Under the pieces are notes generated by a model. The model was not told the DNA's origin. It did no database searches and worked only from the letters and a program-made list of their open reading frames with translations. This document shows positions 22,182 to 34,498 of a stretch of 64,000 nucleotides of DNA, piece by piece. Location: positions 2,666,001 to 2,730,000 of the forward strand of contig NC_134035.1 of the NCBI RefSeq assembly GCF_964204645.1, in the 5' to 3' direction. Made by a program: the position numbers and the translations under genes. This stretch comes from Tubulanus polymorphus. Taxonomy: Eukaryota > Animalia > Nemertea. Each line of letters begins with the position of its first letter. Position 1 is the stretch's first letter.

Positions 22182-25100
22182 ATGAGCGGAGGTGTCTACG
22201 GAGGAGGTAAATACGTTATGTTCCATTTTATAGAAGTCTCTGTTTTGATTTCGGCGGCCGCTTCTTTCTTTTCAATATCATTCAATCAAATTACAATTAA
22301 ATTCTATTCAACCGTCTCGAGCGTTTTTCATTATTTTACAGATGAGGTCGGAGCTTTAGTTTTCGATATTGGATCGTCATCGGTTAGAATCGGTTATGCC
22401 GGTGAAGATTCCCCTAAGGTAGGCTTCCCTTTAAAAATGATAGAAATCTTTCGGTGTCATGTCATATAGGGTTGTTTATTGTTTCAAGTAGGTCTAATTG
22501 ACTGTTTATCAACCTTCCTCTTATAAAATTGCGTTAACCGTTGAACAGGACTGTGTAGAAAACCCGTTATCGCTGCTTTGCAGCTATATTTGCTTTTGAT
22601 ATTGTTGGAACCGGCAGTAGTGAGTCAGCCAGCTTAAGACGATTTTGCGGATGTCACTTTCATATTGAAATTCTGATTCTGGCCAAAAGTAGGGTCTTAC
22701 TGTAGTAAAGGTTACTTTCCACTATGTGACGCTAGTGTTATGAAAAGAAAAATTAATTCCCTAAGTAGTTAGTGGTAGGCCTATCTTAGTAATATATTCA
22801 ATATATATATATATTTATTTATGAATTTCGATTCTTTTTCAATAATTGGTAAATGAAAAAGAATTGAAATGCATAAATAAAAGTCTGGTTTTGTGGCAAT
22901 GTGCTACTGCGGCGATATTTAGTTTTTATACTTAGTCAACTAACAAATGTCTATTCTTCAACTGGGTCAAACTTCAGTTCATTGTTTACCTCTTTATCTC
23001 TGTTAACCTCTTTATCTCTGTTTACCTCTATCTTTCTCTGTTAACCTCTTTATCTCTGTTTACCTCTATCTTTCTCTGTTAACCTCTTTATCTCTGTTAA
23101 CCTCTTTATCTCTGTTTACCTCTATCTTTCTCTGTTAACCTCTTTATCTCTGTTTACCTCTATCTTTCTCTGTTAACCTCTTTATCTCTGTTAACCTCTT
23201 TATCTCTGTTTACAGGCCGAATGTCCTTCGATGATCGGTTTAATCGAGGAGGTCGTCGATAAAATCGACAGCATGGACACCGACCAGAAACCGGCGGAGA
23301 ATCGTTATTTCATCGACACGGTCAACGTGTCCGTTCCGCGTAAAGGAATGGAGATGACTAGCTGGTTGAAGGATGGAATGAGTAAGTGTATCTGTCGCTG
23401 TGGTGGCGTGTGAGTGAGAGCGTGCGATTAACGGATACTGGGTTCAAACCCTTTCAGTGCGTCTACATCGCAGTGCGGTGTATGAATCGGTGATAGATTT
23501 TGCTAGTACACTGCACTGCGGTGTATTGATGTAATTAGTAATTAGTTTTTATCTCTATTGAAAGATGGCAGCACCTGTCAAACATAGTGAAATACTAGTT
23601 ACTAACGATACACTGCTCAGCGGTGTAGACGCACTATAGTGGTATTCCCGTTATTCAACACACAAGGGTGGATTTTTTCAGAATTTTCAAATTATCTCCA
23701 GCACTATAGGGTATTGATAAGTCAGCACTGAAAGGGTAATGGGATAGGGCCTACTGGGTTCAAGTATCGTCCAACGCTAGTCCTCACTGCCTCTCTGCAC
23801 CCAGCAATAAGATAGGCCTATTAGTGTAGCAGTATGGGTGAGTGGTTAGAGCATTTGACTACACGATACCAGGCCAGTTCAAATCCTACATAGTACGTAC
23901 CGTAGTGTCTCTAGGTAAGACACTTATCCTCATTGCTTCTCCGTATCCAGCTAAAAGATAGGCCTAGTATACTACAGGAGCGTTGCGGGTGAGTGGTCAG
24001 AGCGCTTGATTCCGGGATACCAGGCCCTGGGGGTCAATCCTTGCACTGTACCGTAGTGTCTTTGGGTAAGACTCTAATCCTCGTTGCTTCTCTGCCTACA
24101 GCAATAAGATAGGCCTACTGGTAGTACAGTAGATTGGTTAGGAAGATTTGACTATGGTTATGTGTTCAAACCCGACGCAGTACTGTAAACGAAGTCCAAA
24201 ATCCTCGTTTATGAAAATGATTTTAATCTGCGGGACTATCTGATTTTTCATGTGAATGAAAATGAGCAGAATTGATGAACAAATGAAATCTATTTTAATA
24301 GTTTTTGGGAACTCTTTACAGAAACTGTGCCCTGACTGTCGTGTACGTATCTCTATTTTGCAGTTGATAATTGGGATTTGTTTGAGAAGGTCATGGACTA
24401 CACTTACGCGAAGCACATTCGCTCCGAGTCGCAACTGCATCCGGTACTGATGTCTGAACCGGCAGTAAGTCTCACGTTTTATTGATGATTGACTGATTTT
24501 TACAGGGGTCGGATTGCTGTGAAAATGGATGTCTGCTAGAAAAAATAAAAAATTTGAAAACTAAAATTTCCGCCACTTTTTATGCCATATACCGCAGAGG
24601 TCAGAATTTATGTGCAAGCCCTTCTAAAAGTTTGAGAAATTCTAATTTTATTTGTCTGCATCTCTTCACGAATTCTGTCTGATGATTAAACTTACTTTCA
24701 GTGGAACGCGAAGCAACGACGCGAAAAGCTCACCGAGGTGATGTTCGAAAAGTACAACATTCCGGCATTTTTCCTGTGTAAAAATGCCGTGTTGTCGGCG
24801 TTCGCCAACGGTCGTTCGTCGGGGTTGGTGATAGACAGCGGCGCCACGCACACCACCGCGGTACCCGTGTACGATGGCTACGTTCTCGCTCACGGTAAGA
24901 TTTGAACTGTATTTTTTAATACGAATCGCTCGAGGTATTTTAAAGCCATTATATCAGTGCTAGAATGATATGCGAACCTTTTGTAGTTCGGCTGCTATGT
25001 TTCACAAACTCTTGCTCAGTTCCTATTTGACATCGACTCGCGGTAAAATTTTGTCAGTGTCAAGTTTATCTAGTCAGTGTTACTGTATTTCTCAAACTCT

Positions 25101-28100
25101 CAGGATTTGACACCGACTAAAGGTAGAATTCTATGAGTTTTAACTTTACTCCAGTAAGAGGGAGACGGAGTCCACTGTATTTCACAAAATCTCACCCAGT
25201 ACTTGACACCGACTTAGGGTAGAATTTTTCCCAAGTAATAGACAGGGCGTGCTGTATTTCACAAACTTTCATACATTTTACCTCAGTTAGTCTCAAGTCT
25301 CAACTTAACCACAGTGATAGACAGATTATACCGCATTTCTCAAACCCAGCATTCAACTCCAACTCGGGGTAAAACTTTACCAAGTTTTAGTTAACCAAGT
25401 ACCATGCGCAATCTACAGTATCTATAAGATTTCAATTTGATTAAACACTGTCATTAGCAGTGCAAAGAGTGTAAGGATTTTGAATATCTTCGAATGCGTC
25501 ATTTTGATTTTTTCGCGAATCAAATTTTCTTTTCGCAGCTATTGTAAAATCGCCGCTAGCCGGCGATTTCATCTCGATGGAATGTAAAAAGTACATCGTC
25601 GACGAGTTGAAAACGGAAGTCGTACCGACTTATCAGATAGCCAGCAAGGTAAACTAACCCGGGTTCCTGTAGACCCCGCTTAATTGTTATTTCAGGGTCC
25701 CTACGATTCCTTGAGGACTCCTTGACCTTCTAATCCAAAAATGTTTTTCAAGGTCCTTGAAATATCCTTGAATCTGAGCAAAATGCCAAAAAGTCCTTGA
25801 AATACAACTTGAATTTTGTGAAATTGGCTATGAGGAAATTCAAAGTAATTGAGATATGAAAGTGACACAAACGCTTCTTCGATATTTGAAATTTCCTACT
25901 TAAGAACTCCTTGAAATGTCCATTAATTCTGGAATGACTGATTATGTAGGGACCCTGTATTTACGGTCTGCCTATACATGAATGTATGTACATGTATGAT
26001 ATGATGGTTAATCTGGATTTCTCATAAACCGAAAGTGTGCTGCAGATATAATCGCTAATGTCTGATATGATATTGATATCGCTGTGTCCTCTTTCATTCG
26101 ATGATCTGTTTGAGGTTTAATTCTAAACTCCCGGTTTTTTCTTTGAAGGAACAAGTCGGCGAAAACGAACCGGCGAACTGGAAAAAGAAAGAAAAGATTC
26201 CGGAAGTGACAAAATCGTTCCACAATTTCAAAGTCAAGGTAGAGCAGCAGCACGGCGTTGTCTATAAATTAAGACGCTATTATTATTATCATGGTTTCAG
26301 TTGATTGCAAAAATTACTTTTAAAAGCCATGAGGGGTTAAAGGGTCATTCTTAGCGTTGTCATATTCGACAAATCTGTTCTCATTTTCGCGTGTCCTGTT
26401 TTTAGGAAGTGCTGCAGGATTATGCTGCCAGTGTTTTACAAGTTCTCGACGAACCGTACGAACAAGAGTAAGTTTTCTTCGAATTGAAATCTGAAATTTG
26501 TCCGCACAATGTACGAGGGTACTCGTGGTCTCACGGGTGAAGGAGAGTCGGGGAAATCTGATTTTTCTTTCTTCAAAATCAGGCGATGGTGAGGGAATTT
26601 TTGTTATTTTTCTGTTCTCGCCGGTGAAAAGTGGCACGCGAGGAACCACTTGAGAAGAAACAGCCCCTCTGAGGATATCTTATGATGTAATCAGGGAATC
26701 TTCGGTCAATGTTATTCATCTACTGACGGTATTTTTATTTGAATTTTAGAACTGTGGAACAAATGCCCGGTATACATTATGAATTCCCGAATGGCTACCA
26801 CAATGAATTCACTACTGAGCGATTCCGTATTCCTGAAGGACTTTTCGACCCGTCGATGATAAAGGTAAAGTTTACAGCTTTTGTCATTATTCAGCCAATC
26901 AGAAGTTACGTTTCATTTTAGCTACCCCAAGTCCATTTATTTCTATCTGTGAAATTGCTTAAGCGAGGGGCAATCTGAACAGCGCTGTCCATTTCTCAGT
27001 CTCCATCTCAGCAGGTTCGACTCCCTGCCTATGGAGGAAACTATGTACTGAATCCCTTGCAAATCAAAACTTATGTCACAAGCAGGGATCTAGGTTTCTT
27101 TGAAAGAGGAGGACCTGAAAGTTGGAATGAGCACTTAATAATTATTTGAGAAGGGCAGATTTAGCAATGCGAGGGCTTCAACTGCAAAACATTGGTGGGG
27201 TGGCCTTCCAACAGAAAATTTAGGATAAAAAGGGACTTTGAGAGCCTAAATGGATTTAGATTTCGTCTTTTTACAGATTTCGTTGTAAAAGGTATTTTTC
27301 AGGACTTTTTTCGGAGGGCACATTCGAATTTTGAAGCGTTGGATCAGTCCAACCTGTCCACTTCCCTAAATCCGCCATTGTGTGATTATCGACGAATTGC
27401 ATGCGATTGTTATTGCTGAAATTGTACGTATACTAAGTCTAATGATAGATTGATTTGAACTGTTTCAGGATGTACAGGGAAACTCAATGCTCGGTATCGG
27501 ACACGTTGTGACAACTAGCGTCGGAATGTGTGACATCGACATTCGACCGGTAAGTGACCGCGATATAGTCGTGATATTCGTGGCCCACGTCATCAAATCT
27601 TTTACCGCGCGAAAGCCCAATGTGTTTACGCCAAAATATCATGGTAAACCATGAAAATCAACTGCTAGTGAGCTGATTCTGAATCCTGATGAATGTGGAT
27701 TTTGCCTTGAATTCCCCAAGGAGTGATAGACACTAGTGAAATTCCTGAGTGCTAATGGGTTAAATGAATCTGTGAAAATGGATAGAAGTTATCTCTTACT
27801 ATCCGAAAGGTCAGCGGTGAAACTGATTTAATTAGTTGTTAACAAACCCTTGATGATTTGGACCATTTGCAAACTAACGTTTATCGGGGGGGGGGGGGCA
27901 TAATTTCAAAAATACAGCGATAAAGGTTACATAAAGGAGGGCTTGAAGCAAAGTGCGTCTTGTTTCCAGTGGTGGTAGATGGGGAATCTCTGCTTCTCTA
28001 TCTCGTAGGGGTTGTTCAATCTTCAACATCACGGCTTTTATAAAAAATACATGGTTCCCACAGTACAGGGAAATTGGGAAATGTAGGGAATTTTGAAATA

Positions 28101-29756
28101 ACGATTCTTAGTTTGGAAATATTTGGGAATTTGAAATATTTTCCTCAAATCTGGTAAATATTTGGGAAATTCATTTACATTTCACGTATTGTATTTGCCA
28201 AAGGTAACTTTCCTCAGCGATCTCAGCATGGTGGTATCTGTTCATTTCCATTTGGGAAAATTGAAAAATCGCCCATGAAATACTTGGCAAAAACTTGGGA
28301 ATTTTTATTTTATGTAACTGTAGTAGGAACCATGTACATATCATATATACTACATACACCGTAACGATTGTAAATTGATTTTACGTCGAGTGCGAGTGGT
28401 TTCGTCATCGATTGTGATTGTTCAGTTGCTCGGACTGCAGCGCGATATCGACGTTCGTTTCGTTGAACGCCTCTCGAAATGATCGACGGTGCTTAGAAAC
28501 GTCGTCGTCGTTATTTACACTTTTGTATTGTAGAGTTTATACAGCAGTGTCATCGTCACCGGCGGAAATTCGCTGATCAACGGTTTCACCGAAAGATTGA
28601 ACCGCGATTTGAGCTCGAAAACACCTCCGGTAAGTAGCTAATCATGGCGCCGGCTGTACATACACATCACGCCTATGTTTATAATAATATGCCTCTTGAA
28701 AAAAAATATAAGTGTAAGGCTAAAAAAATGATACCACGTTTATCCCGATTGTGCGGGTCATTTTGTTAACTGCAATAAAATTTGTAATCTGTTCATTGTT
28801 CAAATGATACCTTGTTTCTTCTATTCGCCCGGGTCGTTTTGTAAACGGCAATCAAATCTGTAATCAGTTCATGTGTCTGAAGCTGTCGCATCTGTTGTAA
28901 GCTTGATCATGATTTTTAAAAAAAAGTTATGGACAGGGTTGTTACGGAGCAGGCTGCGTCAAATAAGCTCGGCAAGAATTAAAATCTTAACTCATAACAG
29001 TGGAACTGAATCCCGTATGTCTCAACTATCCACTGGTTAAATAAACTTAAACAAACTTTTAAGCAACCGGTCCCTTGTCGGGTATATATGATCAGTTGAT
29101 ACTGACGTTTGTATTTTTCAGAGCATGCGATTGAAACTGATTTCACCGAGTAGTTCAGCTGAGCGACGGTTCAGTAGTTGGATCGGCGGTTCCATATTAG
29201 CCTCGCTCGTAAGTACCGAATGATACAAGCATTTATACACAATATCGAAAGACGTATATTTCTTTCCTTGCGTATTTACTTGGACCCAGTCCCACAATTC
29301 TGAGTTAGAGTTAACTCTGAGTTAAAGTTAGTTCATTTTCAATGAGTTAACTCAGAGTCAAATCTTAACTCGGAACTGTGGAACTGGGTCCTGGTAAACA
29401 ACCGTTTAATTTTCTTATGTTCGGGGATTCAACCAGAAAATCCTAACAGATTCTTCGAATCCCCGGACAAACTTATGCTATATTAACGTTACAAGCAGTT
29501 GTTTCTCTCTTATAAATGATCATAAGTTTGTCAAAAAAATTAAATGAAATCGCCCTGCGATTATTCGCCGCCATAACTTGCAAAGTGGGCATGTTGGACC
29601 CCTGGGGTTCTCTTTTGTTCAACATAAACAAGTCATGCGTTGTCATCTATTCTTGTTTTTTTTCGATTGTTTCAGGGCTCGTTCCAGCAAATGTGGATCT
29701 CGAAGCAGGAATACGAGGAATCCGGCAAAAGCGTCGTCGATCGCAAATGTCCTTGA
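22182..29756 (+). CDS. ACTL6A: Actin-like protein 6 (BAF53/ARP4 family; BAF, INO80 and NuA4 subunit), 13 coding exons, 427 aa
   Basis: Exons 22182-22206, 22342-22418, 23216-23381, 24364-24464, 24702-24894, 25539-25648, 26149-26238, 26406-26467, 26750-26864, 27469-27549, 28534-28629, 29122-29208, 29676-29756 (1284 nt, phases consistent). Diagnostic [74 protein letters not shown]. Single invertebrate co-ortholog of ACTL6A/B. Confidence 0.97.
22983..23213 (+). repeat. 18/22-bp pyrimidine-rich minisatellite abutting the ACTL6 exon 3 acceptor
   Basis: About 12 units of tgttaacctctttatctc / tgtttacctctatctttctc ending in tgtttacag|GCC. Confidence 0.9.
23400..24190 (+). mobile_element. Tandem array of ~4-5 degenerate tRNA-headed (CORE-like) SINE units, ~150 bp each, in ACTL6 intron 3
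   Basis: Repeated A-box-like gggtgagtggttagagc, B-box-like (g)gttcaaatcc, CORE-like gtagtgtct..ggtaagacacttatcctcattgcttctc and tail agataggccta. Confidence 0.6.
23449..23736. mobile_element. piggyBac-like MITE nested in the SINE array
   Basis: Perfect 12-bp TIR CCCTTTCAGTGC...GCACTGAAAGGG; the TTAA-like flanks are degenerate; internal inverted gtgcgtctaca/tgtagacgcac. Confidence 0.65.
24995..25400. repeat. Degenerate ~80-90-bp tandem repeat in ACTL6 intron 5
   Basis: Recurrent tatttcacaaact...ttgacaccgact...ggtagaattt units. Confidence 0.55.
25693..25957. mobile_element. Non-autonomous DNA transposon with CAGGG termini and 5-bp TSD (hAT5-like), same family as 12357-12777
   Basis: Perfect TIR CAGGGTCCCTAC...GTAGGGACCCTG; TSD TATTT at 25688-25692 and 25958-25962. 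Confidence 0.85.
27082..27380. mobile_element. Degenerate PIF/Harbinger-like MITE
   Basis: gcagggatctagg...ccctaaatccgccattg resembles the common GGCGGATC(T/C)AGG...GGATCCGCC termini. Confidence 0.4.
28050..28334. mobile_element. Degenerate MITE related to the CAGGG-terminal elements
   Basis: catggttcccac...gtaggaaccatg TIR-like ends; internal gggaa(a)ttt repeats. Confidence 0.5.
29282..29391. mobile_element. 110-bp palindromic MITE family A (ACTL6 intron 12)
   Basis: GGACCCAGTCCCACAATTCTGAGTTAG...CGGAACTGTGGAACTGGGTCC. Confidence 0.8.
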
Positions 29757-30140
29757 AAACGAAAGGAACGTCCGAAAAAAAAACTTATAAAAAAAGAAAA
29801 ACTCGCAACATTTTCGCGTTATTGCCTGTGTACATTGTAATGCTGTAAATTGGTTGTGCGCGGAATCAACGCCGGGTTGATACGAATGTTTTTAAACGGT
29901 CGACGGAAAAAGCGCAGTCGCGGAAAAACAAACACTATATATATATATACTGACGAAGCTATAGCTGGTTGAAACGATACAGGATTTTCGATGAATTGAG
30001 TTTGAGCTAGCGCGCAGTATCTAGGAACTCCTAGGAACAGATGATACAGTAAAGTCCGTTAAGTCGGATGTTTTTTTGGAACCTGGAATTCGGGGTCAAA
30101 TTTCGACTGCCTTACCGAAGAGAAAATGGGCATTTTTCTT

Positions 30141-30330
30141 TTAGGCTAAAAAATACCGAGTTTCTCCTAATCGGCCGGGTGGTTTTCTAGAACGCGATTA
30201 AATTTGTAATCAGTTCATTTCTATAACTGCCGGGTCTGTTATGGTTAGCTCGATAATGATTTTAAGAAAAAGTAATGTACAGGGTGGATAGGCAGCTGGT
30301 CGGGTTGACTTTTTAGCTCAGCAGTATTGT
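30141..30330. mobile_element. Dispersed repeat family B (other copies at ~28717-28960 and, inverted, ~32344-32570)
   Basis: Shared aggctaaaaa, ctaatcggccgggt, gccgggtctgttatggt and aatgtacagggt motifs. Confidence 0.6.
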
Positions 30331-31508
30331 AATGAGAAATGGTGTATCTGGTACGATCGATTTTGCGGAGTCACTTCAAACTATGTACATAAAAAAACGT
30401 AAATACGCAGTGGAAATAAACAAGAATATATTGAGGGTATATATGAGGCACCACTAGTGAATAATTGTGAGTTTAGGGTTGTTGGCATGATTTTACCTGT
30501 ATGGCCTCCATCATTGAACATTCGAAATCACTGTTATTTTCTATTTTGGTCCGACGTTCGGCAAACTAATCTCATTCATTCGACTCGATAGCGATTTTTT
30601 AATACCCGAAAAAAAACATTTTTTTAAAAGTCCGAAATTTCGATCATGAACGAAATGTTTCGAGGAATTATTGTTTTTGTAAGATATGTAATGTATGTGT
30701 CAGGCGTATTGCATTTAAAAAACACTGTCGACTTATGATGAAATGTCTTCATTCGATATTATGAAAATAAATGTCAATTAAAACAAAACATTTTTTTTTC
30801 CATTTATGATAATTTTCTTCCGTCTCTTGAAGTTTTTTTCGATTCGATTGTTTTGTATTCTGACTCGACGATGGGATGGAGACATTTGAATAATCGCTGA
30901 ATCCATGGAACCACAAACAATTACCGATTTAGTACCGATTTAGGGGCAGTCGACAGTAATGGGGATTGTCCTATATACATAGGCCCTATACAGTCGGATG
31001 CTAGTTCGAATTTCATGGATTTTTTTTTCTGAATCGAAGTACTTTCATAATTGGAAGTCGTTGGACGGTCGGCGCATGACGAAAGGTCATCGGTGATATT
31101 CGCTAAGAGTTAATTGATGATAAGTCCCGATCGTTCAAAACGTGACTTAAATCCTTCATAGTCGAAAACGTCAAGCGGTTCGTTAATGATGTATCATTTG
31201 CACGCGCGTGAAATCAGTAACATTTTGACGCCCCTTCTTCAAAAATGTCGAAACGTATCGAAGACTCTCTCGACGTCGAATATAAGCATCGTTATCCGCT
31301 TATCGAATCGGCGATATTATTCACAGAAATGTCATTAAGTATCCAATTACGCGTACTACAAAGAATAATTAGATTTTTAGCTCGGTGTTATATATAGCTA
31401 AGAACGGATCAGTTGATCTCCGTCAGACGACACGTACGCTCACTACTACATGTTTAAGAGAAGAAGAAAATGGCAACGGCAGCAAGGTAACTGATGATTC
31501 CGGGACCC

Positions 31509-31947
31509 GGGGCCATTTGCACAATCGAGGCTTAGATTTGAGACTAGTCTACCCAAATTAGTTTTATAGTCAATCTAACAACTTAAGACCAGCCTTATTA
31601 GATTTAAGGCCACTTTTGGACTAAGTCACGATGCAACTGGTCCCTGTTGTTAAGTCGTCTCAATTGACCGACTCAATCCATGGTCAGGGCTTAGACTTAA
31701 GGGGCGGCTTCCATAGTCGAGGCTTAACCTCAAAGATTGTCTTAAAACTAAAGACTAGTTTAAGTCGTTAGATTGTTTATAGGACTAAGATTGTTTTGAA
31801 TTGGTCTTAAGTCTAACCATGACTATGGAACTAGCCCAAGAAGTTCAAGGCCAACTTGTAGTTCTGTTAGCCAATCTAACAGCTTAAGACCAGTCTCAGG
31901 ATTTAAGACAACTTTTGGGCTTAAGTCTTGACTATGAAACTGGGCCA
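31509..31947. mobile_element. Cluster of ~3 related short MITEs (family C)
   Basis: ggggccatttgca...tgcaactggtccc; ggggcggcttccatagtc...gactatggaactagccc; a partial third copy ending gactatgaaactgggcc; shared aatctaacaacttaagaccag core. Confidence 0.6.
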
Positions 31948-33480
31948 AAACAGGGGACGTGCATTCTGAAAAAAAATATAATTTGTTTTTGTGTTGGTGA
32001 CAAATATGAAAAGTTCGTATACTTTATATTATTCCTAGAATTATACCATACATATAAACATGAACTGTACTTCTAGAATTCATGAATTGTATCGCTCATT
32101 CACTGCGGCCTAAGATAAATAAAAAAACTCTGGAATAATTGACCAGGTTCTGAAAAACTGAAGCCACTTTCAATTCAGCTTGCCGTTGAATAAACAGAAT
32201 TCGATGTAAAGCCCTTATAGTTATAGGTTAGAATATTACAACCAATATAATGGATCGATCGAAAAATCATTTCTAGTTTTGCTCCGGTAGGCTTCGCTTA
32301 GCAATGTTGTTCTCTAGGTATGTAGAATTTCTTTTTTCTGATTAGGCTAAAAAAAACCTGATAAAAACTTCATACCTTGATACTCTATTTCTGCTGAGCA
32401 TAAACGTAGACCCGGCCGGTTGCCTATCAACCCTGTACATTACTCATTTAGATAAAGCTTACCATAACAGACCCGGCAGCTATTATGGAAATGAACTTAT
32501 TACTTATTTTATTGAAGTTTACAAAATGACCCGGCCGATTAGGAGAGGTAATACATTATTTGAATGGCTTAGCGTGAGGGGAAATGAAAAAAAAACAATT
32601 CTAATCCTAATTCTAATCCTGAATCTAATTTATCTTTCGAAACCTGAAGCTTGACAAGATTATGCAAATGTATGTTACGCTATTTCTCTTTAAGATTTTC
32701 ACGCGTTTTGATTCTGTCGCTGGTTTTGATGTTAGCGGTGAATAACTGTTGTGTTGACGCTAAAAGAAGAGGGAATCAAAAAGGGCGTCGATCCATTGAC
32801 GTTGAAAATACAAACGGTTAGTAATCTATCGAACCATCTTCTCGACGACTCAAATCATCGTCATCTTTATAACATCAACGCGATTTCGATTTTTTAGATC
32901 TCGACGCTCGTTTGCAAAGTTCGGATCAGAGACTGTCGGGTCTGTTGGAGAAGAGGAAGAAATAATACGCAATATGAATATTTATAAAATGTCACAAGTG
33001 CAGGTGTTATTTCTGACGAAACTATCGTAATAATGCAGAATGTATTCATTCCTCTCGATTTGTCAGAAGTCAGAAATAAAAGCACTTGAAAATTGCGTAG
33101 ATTTTCAGCGTTGGTTCGCGTCATTCGTGATTTCCACTGATTCGATCTTGTCTGTAAAACATTCTTTCGAGATTTAGGAGAATCAATTTCTTCAAGTTTC
33201 TCTATACGAAGTGCGAAAATTTAATTCCAAGTCAAAATATGTGAAATCTTTGTTTGGTTCTATAAACTCCTCCAAGTCGCGCGGTGAGTTTTGCTCAGAT
33301 TTATTTCGGCAGGCATTTTCTCTTTTTCGCCGGTTCTCATCAACTCGGTGAAATAAACAACAACGCCATCGCCGGATCGCAAAATGCGTAAGTTATAAAT
33401 TACATTCGTTATGTTTTGTATACATAACTTTAGGAGTTTGCTCGAATTGATTGAATGATTACTTTTAGGATACACACAAC
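31942..33480 (-). repeat. Right arm of the inverted duplication (partner 17870-19465)
   Basis: Reverse-complement similarity to 17870-18620 and 19120-19465, interrupted by a family B element. Confidence 0.8.
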
Positions 33481-34498
33481 AAGCCGTAGAGGCCGATAAA
33501 AAATGATTTTAAAGGATATCATTCAATATTTCTCTATTTGGCTTAAGTTTCCATCTCTATATTTAGTACGTTAGGCCGATAATCTGATATTTTCATATAA
33601 CGAATTCAATGTTTTTCTCTGGTGTAATGCGTAGCCGATTTTCCGGCATTTTAATAAAGGCTGTCGGGTTGAAATTCAAACGTGGAAAAATCGAATACGG
33701 AATCTCTATAGAGTATCATTTACATGATTATACAGTCAACTATTAATCTAAAAATCTAACCACAACTAAAATCGTTAAAAGCCTAACCTCGATTTTAAAC
33801 AGGTTTTTTTATTAGATACACTACTGGGACATTATATATACGTTGTAAATATCTATCTTCGTGTTAGATAATTAATCAGGAAATTCTTAGATTTCACTGA
33901 TTTAATTTTGGTATTAATTATTAGTCCTGTTTTCAACCGTTTCATTGCTGTGTATCATCATAAACATAGGAAAACTATTCTGACTAACTGTAGCTATTAG
34001 AAAATGTGGTCTTTTTGGGAGGTGGGGAGTTTTACCATTTGGGATCCAAGCATACCCCCAAATGAAGGTCACCATCAGACAGGTTGCTGACTACAATAGA
34101 AGATTTGCCCGGTGGTCCGTGACTGAGGACTACCCGTATTACTCTTGTACCATATATGTATACATGTGTGGTTTGTGAAAATATGTGACGGCGAAACATG
34201 AAACCAACCAACAGGATACAGACTACTAACACGGAGCTTGTATAATAAGGTAACGTAAGTTTCAAAATCTTGTTCATAAACATTAAGGCAATAATATTGT
34301 CATCTTATCGATTTACGATAGTTGTGTATATTTATCATAGTATAATAGGTTATTCATTGCAATTATTCTGAACCAAATGAAAAGCAAGAATACATTCATC
34401 GTTAAGAAATGCAAAATTGCAAGTACACCATGAATCTGTTATAAGTACCACCCGAAAGCAGGTGCTTGCCCGAATAAAAGGAGCCTCTGTTGGTGTTT

